Shown: positions 41,364 through 52,400 of the stretch, piece after piece
How the letters are laid out: every line of letters begins with the position of its first letter
How positions within the stretch are numbered: the first letter of the stretch is position 1
Assembly (NCBI GenBank): GCA_964057225.1
Contig: OZ059899.1
Span: 15,128,001-15,192,000, forward strand
Length of the DNA: 64,000 nt
Reading direction: 5' to 3'
Origin: Auanema rhodensis
Lineage: Eukaryota > Animalia > Nematoda
Program-made: the position numbers and the translations under genes
Notes under the pieces: generated by a model
Seen by the model: the letters and a program-made list of their open reading frames with translations, nothing else
Databases searched by the model: none
What the model was told of the DNA's origin: nothing

Positions 41364-41719
41364 TTTCTATAATAAAATATTTGTAATTAAAAATCTAATA
41401 AAATAAATTTAAATTTAAACGAAAATTTTCATAAATATTATGCAATAAGTATAGTGGGTAGAGAAGCAGTTTTTTCTGCAATTGCGTATCTAACTTCATA
41501 GCTGCCCTGGATTATCGATATTCGTCCATCTCTGGCAGTATTTTTTGGCGTCTTCTGTTTTTTCGCATACATTTACTGATCTTGTTTTTTTGAATTTCAA
41601 TTTTTTTCAACAACTCATGAATTATTCATGTTGATAAAAAACTGCCTGACAATATTAGATAATCACGTGCTATAGCGAAAGTTGAAATATTGATTCAATT
41701 TAACTTGCAGTGTGTAAGC
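41364..41719. promoter_or_regulatory. Bidirectional promoter region lpd-6 / rbm-5
   Basis: 356 bp between divergent ATGs. Contains TATCGATA palindrome (41513-41520), TTTTGGCG (~41542) and TCACGTG (41663-41669); TTGCAG acceptor ends at 41710. Confidence 0.55.
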
Positions 41720-44700
41720 ATGATGCCCTGGTATGAGCATGATACAAGGGGAGAACCCAGTAATTCTTCACAGGTTTTCATCTAAAATATTTATATTCAA
41801 AAAGTATATTGTTAATTCAGGGAGGTTTCGGAAATTATTATCATGGGAAAGCCCGACCGTACTATAACTGTGGATTTAAAGATGAATTACCAGAATCAAC
41901 TGTTTATAAAAGTTACATGCGGTAAGAAAAATTATTTTCGCTATGCTTTAGTTATTATTCCGTCCCTTGTTATTTCATGTTTTCATATTATTCTTATTCT
42001 GTTATCTAACTTTTGTCATATATTTATTCTCATAAATATGAGTTTTTGGGTAAAAAGCATCTTTCTACAGTGATCATCAAAGCGGACATATTCGTTCACG
42101 TTCTAGAAGTCATAGTAGGGGAAGAAGGAGCAGAACTCGCAGTCGGAGTAGAAGTCGAGATAGAGACCGAAGGCGGTACAGAGGCTCGTATTATTGCCCT
42201 CTTATGCTTTCTCATTTAAACGTTGAAAAGATTTTTAATATTTAAGGGCGTAGTCGGTCGCGTTCGCGATCTCGCAGACGATCTAGGTCTCGCAGCAGAA
42301 GCAGGGTATTTGCGAATGCATTGAGCATAGTAACATTTGACAATGAATTGAAATTGTAGGGGGAAGATCATGGTTTGCTACCTGTGAATAAACTTCATCT
42401 TGTCAATTTACCCTCTGACGTTGACCGATCTATGGTAGGGACAACTTTCTTGTGTTGGAAGTTTTGTCTCGGGGTTTTCGATATACCAATACTAATTCTC
42501 TAACACTACAGATTGCCAACGTTTTGGCTTCCTCTGGATTTCATCCTGATGACATAAGAGTTGTTCACAAGAATTATGATAAAGGTAAGACACAAGTTGA
42601 CCAAAGGAAATACGGTTGGTTTACTTGCTTGAATGGTCTTGACATCGAGGTTTCATTCCCACATGACTTTTCATGTGTTTTGTTTGCGCCTTGTTGTTAC
42701 CGTTCGTATTTTTCAAAAGCCCGAACGAAGAGCAATAAGTTCTCAAAAGTTGAAAACTTGTATCAAATCTGATTGGTGCACGCTACAGGTGCCCCACGTT
42801 CCTTTGGCTTTATCGACTTTTCGGACGCGTCCACAGCCGCAAAATGGATGGGAATGTCTAAGGTTGAAATCATTGTTTTTTTTAAATTTTAGTTTCAGCT
42901 TGTATGTGAACACAGGTAAAATGACCCTTCTGTGCTTATTGTTTCTTGTTCACTTTTCTAATAATAACTAAAGCATGATAGCGAGATTTTCCTAACTTCT
43001 TGGTGATGAAACATCTCGCTTTTTTAGGGCTGGCTGGTCTTGAACGACGGTCGTCGAGTCTCTGTTCAATATGCTCGAGGTGATCAAGGAAATCGAGCTA
43101 GGAAATCTGCGCAAGATTGGAGTTGTTCCAACGTAAACCATTCATATTGTTTAACTCTTTATATGGGATGTCTTTAGTGTTCGGCGCAAAATTTTTTCAA
43201 AAGAGAAGCATGTTATAAGTGTGATACGGATAAAAACCAATCAATTGAAATGGAAAGACAGGGGATTCATATGGTTGGAACTGTGCCTTGCGATAGTAAT
43301 ACTCAAACAATTCTTCACATAATTAAAACTTTTTTTTTTCAGCTTTGTTAATAAGATCTCTTCCTCCCGGTGTTACAACAAATGCAATTTTTGACGGGTT
43401 ACGGAATAATACAAATTTAACTAATATAATTCAAGTCAATCTGTCTGATGCTAAGCAATATGCTTATATTCAAATGAAATCTATTGAAGAAGCAACTTTA
43501 TTAGTTAATTCTTCTTATAAATTTCCTTTGAAAATCATGTCTTGCGATGGTATATTCTTCTTTTTTTTCTCCTCAATATTATTTTTTTCTAGTTATACTT
43601 ACTTACTCCCGATATCCTTTAAACCAACTTTTGAAGCAATTGAACGATCTCCAACGAAACATTGCTATGGATCCTCTACCCCCTGTTATGGGTGCTGGAC
43701 CTGGTGCGTTTCTGAGTTTTTAATAATAATATGGGTTTACTTTCAGTATCTGGAGCTGAAGTAGCTCAGGCTGCTATTATGAGACAAAGACAAGGAGGTC
43801 CAATGGTTAGTATAAACTTCTTCTTACGATTTTTATATTGTTTATTAACAGGGTACCAATCAAATGGCGCACATGATGAATCCTAATTTCTCCATGGGTG
43901 GATCTTCTGGATTTTCCGTTCCTCCTCCAAATATGGGAATGCTACCTATCAATACAAATATCCCCCCTCCAATGTTGCAACAATCTCAAGTCATGGCACC
44001 AACTGTTGATCCAACTCAGACAAGAGGAATCATTGGTATCGTGCCAACCCCTCGTGGCGTGCTGTCAAAATATAGTGAGAATCATATAATTTATTCTATA
44101 TTCAAAATTATCGTTCAGTCATTCCAAACCCGATGACTTTTATGCATGACGCTACCAGCGGCTATTTTATGGATCCCATAACCAATTTCTACTATGATCC
44201 TAAAACTACTTATTATTTCAACAATGAAACTCAGGAATGGACGTACTGGGATACTACGTACCAAACATATATGCCTGTTCAAACAGCAGTAAGTGTTCTC
44301 ATGTTTAAAGAAGAATTTCATTTTTTGTTTTCAGGATGAATCAAGCCAAGCAGCTGCATCTCAAGAAAAAGAAGATAAGAAAAAGGAAGATAATAATGGA
44401 CCAGTTAGAACATTTTCGTGAAGAAATATTATTTATATCTTAATATTCAGAAATCTGCTGCTCAAGTTAATAAAGAAATGGCAAAGTGGGCTAAGAAGCA
44501 AGAGAAGCAAAAACTTCAATTCTCCATGAAACCACTTGTAAAACCATTGGAGACTAAGAGTGCCTTCGATCAACAACCGACTACATCTACACCTACAGGC
44601 GTTGTTTCTGAGGTCAAAATGATGGAAAGAACTAAGGTTAATTCTAGAGTTTCAAGATGTTTAATATATATTCGCTGCAGAATCCACTGACACCGGATGA

Positions 44701-45583
44701 AGGAAATTCACCGGATAATCCCGAAAGATCTCCCGTCCGAAAAGTTTCGGATGCTTCTGTTTCTAATGAATCCATCACTGTATCCTCTGAACCTACTCAA
44801 CCTTTGCAATCATTGGAAGAAAAATTAGAAATAATGGAAAGAGCATTGGTTGATGAAGGAAAGAAGATGTGTTTGTTGTGCAAGCGCGCTTTTCCTAGTG
44901 TTGATGTACTTCGTAAACATGTTGATAAGAGTGATCTCCATAAGGTGTCCAATTTTTTAAAATCTGTCACTAACATATCCTTTTTAGAAAAATTTGGAAG
45001 CCAAGAGAGCTGAATGGGGAATACATACAAACCAAATGAAAAATTCGGGTCCACCAGCTAGTGAGCCAGATGCTGCATATAATGCTTTACTTGCCTCGAA
45101 CAGCTTGGTAGGATTTCCTCAGAAAACAGTTTATCGCGATCGAGCAAAGGAACGAAGAAAGCAGTACGGAATTGATGGAAGTAAGATGCTTCCTTAATTC
45201 TGAGAATACAATAAAATGTTTAGGTTTTGCAAGAGATGACCGCGACCGCGACCACGATGATAACGATGACCGCGTACGAAAAGAAGCTGATACTGCCATT
45301 AAACGACCATTAGATTCTTTCGGTATCGGAGGAAAGTTGCTGAAAAGTATGGGATGGAGAGAAGGAGAAGGAGTAGGAAAACATGGCCAAGGTTTCATTA
45401 AAAGAAAGTTGTGTAGTATTTAATTCAATTGTTGTAGGAATTGTGAATCCAATTGAAGCTGAAAGACGTGTTGCCGGAGCTGGATTGGGATCACACGGTT
45501 CAAAAATCACACATGGTGCTGAAGCTAGCCACAAAGAAAGAGTTCGAGCGTCATTCTACAACAGATATCGTGAAATGGAGTAG
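41720..45583 (+). CDS. rbm-5: RBM5/RBM10-family splicing regulator
   Basis: Multi-exon gene with, in order: RS-rich N-terminus, RRM1 (LHLVNLP...PRSFGFIDF), RanBP2 zinc finger (DWSCSNCSAQNFFKREACYKC), RRM2, OCRE (DATSGYFMDPITNFYYDPKTTYYFN), C2H2 finger (CLLCKRAFPSVDVLRKHVDKSDLH), G-patch (GIGGKLLKSMGWREGEGVGKHGQGI). TAG stop at 45581-45583. Confidence 0.92.
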
Positions 45584-46036
45584 TATGATCTGATCGCTTA
45601 TACGAGTATTTTTCCGAAATTTTTATTACTTTATACAGTTTTTGTTACAAACTAAGTAAATATTTTAAAATATCTTGGTGTTATTGAAATTTGTGATGAT
45701 ATGCTTGATCTGAAAATGGGTTAATAACACTCACGAATATAAATATTTAGTTGAACCTGCTATAGGAAGTTTAACATATTTCATTTCTGCATGAGTTCGG
45801 TGCAACACAATAGTTTGACAAATTAAAAGAAAACATGCTATTACAATAGTAATTACTCCCATTCTAATATAATCATCAAGAAAAGATTCTCTGTAAATTT
45901 CTTTTCATTTGTTGCTACTTTACCGAACTAACATAAAACAGTGCATAACCACAGCCGATAGCTAAAAACAACAAACAGAAAATGAGAAGTTAATTTGAAT
46001 TATTTTCACTTTATATACATAAAACATGTGATGTGA

Positions 46037-46494
46037 TCAGCGTTGCGGTAAAAAGGGTATTCCTTCAGAGCATGTTGTTCCATATTTTCGATGTTTAGGT
46101 GTCACCGTTTTGAGATTAGGAATTTTTTTTTTCTTGATAGGGTTTATCTTAGGTGTTGCTAAAACGGACATCTCAGTTTCACAGTTTCTAAAACTTACGC
46201 AACGAAAGATACGACGAATATTGTCTCGATTTTGTTAACTCTAACCTAGCGACATCTGAATCACCGACTTCAGACTTATTTATTATATATCTATCAACAC
46301 ACCTAGTGCTTTGGATTTCTCCGCGAATTTGAAAAGATCGATTGTTTGAGACAATACAGATATTATTGTTAAGCAACCAATGAACACAGTGGATATTAAT
46401 CCCACTAAACGTAAATCTTGCAGACTATCGCTAAAATACCATGTATCCCAGCCATATAATGTAAAACGTACATAACGCAGGTTTGCACAACCAT
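46037..46494 (-). CDS. Uncharacterised 109-aa single-transmembrane microprotein (4 exons)
   Basis: Exons 46494-46472, 46430-46303, 46255-46199, 46158-46037 (330 nt) joined by 41-, 47- and 40-nt GT-AG introns, all phase-consistent. Hydrophobic segment LVGLISTVFIGCLTIISVL followed by a basic tail. Confidence 0.65.
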
Positions 46495-46633
46495 TTCCCA
46501 CAAAAAATTATTTCAAAATGAAATCCATTTTGCAAATTTCCCAAACTCAACAAGAAGTCAAGCATCCCAATAATTATTAAAAGAATATAACAACCATTTA
46601 CATCTTCACCAAAACAATAACAATTAGGAAGAC

Positions 46634-47551
46634 TTAGATCATTTTCCTGAGGAGCTTGTTGATCTGATCCTCTCTGTTTCCGAAGTCTCCACCCTCGACG
46701 AAGTGGTTGGTCTTCTTAGTCCATCCTCCGCTGGGGTTGTTGAGCTTGAAGGGCCAGAGGAAGTTGGTGGCCTGCTTGAAGTGTGGTCCAACATTAAGGA
46801 TCTCGTGAACAAGATCTTCAGTACAGATGATATCGTGCTTGCCTTAAAGAATTACTATTGAAAATTCCAATTGAAAAAACATACCAAGAGCCTTCTCGAT
46901 AATCTCGTTGTCAGTGATTGGAATACGGCGTCCGTTAACCTTAGCATATCCTCTCTTGTAGACCAAGTCGTGGACGGACTTAAGGTTGGGGTATCCCCAT
47001 GCAACGTATGGCTCGATGATACGGAGAAGTGGAAGGGTAGCCTTGTTCAACTTGACAAAGACTCCGTTGTTGATCTGACGAAGACGGAGGAGTTGGAGGG
47101 CCTGAAATACAACTTTTTAAAAAAGTTAACAATTTAATGATATACCTTTCTTGGTCTTGGGTGGAGTTGGTTGATACCTCTGATTCTGATAACAAAGGCA
47201 AGCTTTGGCTGTTCAGGTACATAGATATCTCCCTTCTTCAAAGCATCACGCTTCATTCTAGCGAGATCCTTCTGGGCATCTCTGTGCTCACGGATGAATT
47301 TCTCAGCACGCTTGAAGATAGCGGCGGTCTTTTCCTTGTTCTTCTGAACAATTAGGAAAAGTTCATAGTCTTTCATATCTGAAAACTTACAGCGCTGAGC
47401 TTGACCTTCTGTTGAATAGCCTTAGCTCTGATTTCAGAGCGTTGCTTTCTTCTCTTCAAAACGGTCTCAGGAACCTGGGGAAGTTTCTTCCTAAACAAAT
47501 TTTAAAGTAAAACAAAGTCAAACTAAGTAAATATAAAACTTACTCGACCAT
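46634..47551 (-). CDS. rpl-7: 60S ribosomal protein L7 (uL30)
   Basis: [18 protein letters not shown]-type N-terminus, then [36 protein letters not shown] and [43 protein letters not shown]. Short introns; biased codon usage. Confidence 0.97.
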
Positions 47552-48217
47552 AGTTAAGTCGTGGTACCCTAAAATTAAAAAATATACTAATATTCTTCAA
47601 AGACAATAAAATAATTAAGAGAATTAATGACAAACTGTTTTGAACTTTTAAATTATCTACAAGAACTGAAATTGTGCTGTAGATTACTTAACGCAAAATC
47701 GATACACAATCTTACTTAAACAAAACACATCTTCTGTCACTATCAAAAGCTTTAAAAATACTTCAAATCTCCGGAAAAAATATATAAAAAAGCTTCATAA
47801 TAGATAGAAATTTAGGCCAAAAGATGTAAAGAATTTGGGGGAATCACATTGGCACAGTTCCTCTCATGATTGTAAGGGTTTTCGTTGCGAGAATCCAAAG
47901 GACGCGCGAGCAGTCACGCGTTGCGGGTCAAACAGAAATTGACGTGGACAGACTCGTATGATACCTGTGTCCTGTCCACTAAAGTTTTCTGACGTAATTT
48001 TTATTGTATAATATTTATTATAACTATTAATTATATTTATTAATGGTAAAAAATAGATCAAAGCTAGATCATACTATATATTTGAACATTGTGAAATGTT
48101 TTAGAAAACCAATCTGTAAACAGTATTAGTCATCGTTTGTTCACGCATTTCAACATTTATTCGCATTGATATTATTTGTCGCTGTGATAATAATAATCAT
48201 TTTGTTAATTTTTCAGG
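47552..48217. promoter_or_regulatory. Bidirectional promoter rpl-7 / rab-11.1
   Basis: Divergent genes around a CpG-rich core at about 47880-47950 (TTGCGAGA, GACGCGCGAG, CACGCGTTGCG). Acceptors lie directly upstream of both ATGs (TTTTAG near 47569 on minus; TTTCAG ending 48216), consistent with trans-splice sites. Confidence 0.6.
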
Positions 48218-49027
<810 letters not shown>

Positions 49028-49381
49028 TCACGAGTCTCGCTGCCTTGATCAATAAAGATCATATATAACGCTTTTCGGGCCCATCTTTTGGTGTGAGGTT
49101 TATTTGTGCTTTTCTCGGTTGTAACTGTGATCTGAACTTGGGTTTATCTCGAGAACAGAAATTGCCCAAATTCGCAATTTTATTCATAATCGAACATTTT
49201 ACGTTGTTTAATCTTGGGCGTGATTGTGATGAATTGTGCTCATACTGCTTAGTACGTTCCTCGTGTTCTTATTATGCTTTTTTTGAGACTATAATGTTTC
49301 GATTCATTCACATTTGTATAATATAATATTCGACCTATTCAAACGTTTTAATTTATTTTAGCATGATTTCTTTCTTATATT

Positions 49382-49481
49382 GATAAAGATTTTCTAAATA
49401 TTTGTTTTAAAGTGATTCGATATTCGATTTGAATACTTTGAGCCTTAGACAACACAATATTATTCATGAAACAGCTTTCAG
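49382..49481 (+). promoter_or_regulatory. Putative operon intercistronic region (PAS, Ur element, trans-splice acceptor)
   Basis: GATAAA 49382-49387; hairpin TATTC-GATTT-GAATA 49421-49435 overlapping TACTTT (UAYYUU) 49434-49439; TTTCAG ending 49481, 1 nt before the ATG at 49483. Confidence 0.55.
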
Positions 49482-49482
49482 A

Positions 49483-52400
49483 ATGACGAATGCTTGTCGT
49501 TCAAATGTACAAAGTTCGGAGAAGGGGCCATCTACCAGTCCACAGAAGATACAAAAGGAAGATAAGTCGCCAAGTAGAAAACGAAAACCTCGGGAATCTA
49601 GTCCCGATCCTGCCTATGAAGCAAGCTCATCTCGCCCCAAACGGAATGCACGGAAAAGCGTTCTGTTATCCAGTGGAGATTTTGAGGTTTTTTCTGGTCT
49701 AGAAGTTTAAATAGACAGTACTATTGAAGGTATTCTATCCTGGTGTGAAAACAGAAGCTCCTGACTCTGAAGAGCCAGAGACGTCAGTTCAACCCAGTGT
49801 AGCATCCCCTAGTGTGTCTCAGCCAGTGAAACAAAGACGGTTGAGGAGTGACGTAGCTGAGAAGTCTGATATTGAAGTAGATGTAGAAGGTGTTGTAGAT
49901 GATACAGAGTTTAAACGGGATGAGAACCCATTAGATGTAAGGGACGCCGTTAGTCTGTGGAATTATCGATTTTTCAGATAACGGGCACAGAGGTTGATGT
50001 TGAAGTAGAAGCTATGTCGAATATAGATGAAAATAATGAGGATATGATGATTACATTAAAAGAATCATATAGTGATACGGAATATAACGAAGATGACGAT
50101 ATTCCTCCCCGATTAGAAAAAATAAAAGGGGTTCCGTACGTAACTAATGTCATGAAATTACATAACCAATACGCTTTCAGAGAAGCAAAAAGAAAAAGAG
50201 GGCGCCCTCGTAAGTATCCCGTTGGTCAAACTCCGTTTCGTAGAACTGCAACTCTTCCCAGACCTCGACAATCTATGGGAAGACCTCCAGGATTTCCTAG
50301 AAATAAATACACTTACGACAAACCAATCACCAAAACAGAAGCTGAAAAAATTAATTCTTTTAATGTTAAACTGGTTCGTATCTAAAAGTCAAAAAATCAG
50401 TACATCATCTTATTTATAGTTTGAAGATGAAATTGGCGTCACTGAACACGGCGATGTGTACGCCACTGTTATTCCCGGTTGTTTATCCTATTTACTTCGT
50501 AAGGAAAGAATAATTGACCTTTTAACCAACCGTAATGAAATTAATGCTATGTGAGTAATCCTACTGTAATTTTCAATCGAACTCTACTCGTTTCCAGACG
50601 GCAACAAGGTTGGATGTCTCGAAAATCCCCTAGATTGCCACCTCTTGTTACTACTAAAGCGTGTTTTGCTTTTTACGTGGAGGGCGCTGCTGTGACCTCT
50701 ATCAGAGACTTGTCTAGTGATGATCTCAAACCTTGGACTTCTTCCGGTATGTTTTCAAGTGCATCACCGAATTAGTAGAACTGTTATAGTGAGCGATCCA
50801 TGTGAAGGAGAACCCGTAATAAAACCTAACGTGCGGAAACATGCGATTATGCGCCAAGGTGCTCGCCTTGTACCTTCCAAAGGTGATCCGAGAACCGCCG
50901 ATATCCATTTAACCGAATATAGTGCTTGGTTACCCAGATGTCTGCGTTTAAGGAAAAAAGTAAAATCAATATAAGTAAAGAGATCATTAACCCACCTCAT
51001 TTACAGATTTTCTATCTTGCCCGCAATGGCCACATTATTGGAAACGTTTTAATCTTATATGACTTCACCACTTCTGGTGATATCCCAGTTTTGCTAAATA
51101 TTGTACACGGAAACGAAGCATTCCGAACTCAAACGAACGATGAAGAGTTTGAGAAGGGTCATCTTCTTTTTGTAGGTGACAACGAAGATCCGGTTAGTTT
51201 TCTTCTTTGTCTTACAACTTTATGTTTTGATTGGGCGCGTCAGCATTTCATATCTGACTAGGTGCACGATTGTCTGTTGAGTCAACAGTATTAGACTGTG
51301 CCTGGTGTACTTGTTTGTTTAATGATGTTACAAACTAAGAAAAATTCAATTAAATATGTATAACAGATTATATTGCAAATGCAATAATTTCAGTTTATGG
51401 AAGAAATTGTTCCTGGACCCAGGAATGAGCGATTTCTCCAAGTTAAACCTGATAAGTATGGTTGGACTAATAATAAAAAGTTATTACTAAAATATTTAAT
51501 AAATGAGCCTTCACTATTGTAAGTCGGGAAATGGCATAGCTATTGTTAACAATTCACATACTAGGGATCAATCAGGATTTTTAAACCAGCGTATTCCTTA
51601 TCTACCTCCTCTAATTGAAACTAGAGGTGTTTTTGTCTATTTTGCGCCATCAGCAATGGTAGCTGACCAAATTCACTTTACTGGTGACGGGCTTTCGCCG
51701 TGGACATTCCAAGGTTTGTTTGTGCTTAGTTTTAATTGTTTACAATTTCCGTTTATAGGGGCGTCTGTGAATCATCGTGTTCGTACAGTTAAACGAGCGC
51801 TTTGTCAAAATTCACAAGGAGTTTTTGAAACTACAAAGGAAGATTGGCAGACAACTGGACTTGCTTTGGTTGAGACGATCACTATTTTATGTCGTTGTCC
51901 ACGGTTACGCAAAAGAGTAATGATCCATAGTTATGTTCAAAATTAATCTTAAAATTGATAGATTCTTTATGTACAAAGGCAAAATAGTGTTGTTATTGGC
52001 TATGTTTGCTTTATATATGAATACATGAGAGAAGGACCAATTCCTGAAATTATCAAATCTAATCCTAAAGCTGGATCTTTACTGTCTCCAGACGCTTTAG
52101 GACCTTTGGTTAGAGTTACTCGAATTTTGATATGTTTATAATATTCCTTATAGTTGCATCACCGTGATCATGCAGAGTTTACTCGACGCAAGCAAGATAC
52201 AAGTTCTAATACTGATGAAATGGTGGATGTTGAAGAATTAGTAGAAGAAGAAGTTGTTCAAGATGACATGCATGAGCAAGACACGACAATCGACCGGAGG
52301 GGCATGGAATACGCTCGAATGGAAGATGTGGGTGTTAGGAATTTTTTACAATACTTATTAGTGATCGATTTAATTTAGTATGAAGAGCTCCCTGAGGACA

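Noticed and set aside
45584-46036. TGATGA/CTGA words suggesting C/D snoRNAs near the ribosomal protein gene
   Set aside because: No box C-D pair with plausible spacing and terminal stem could be seen by eye.
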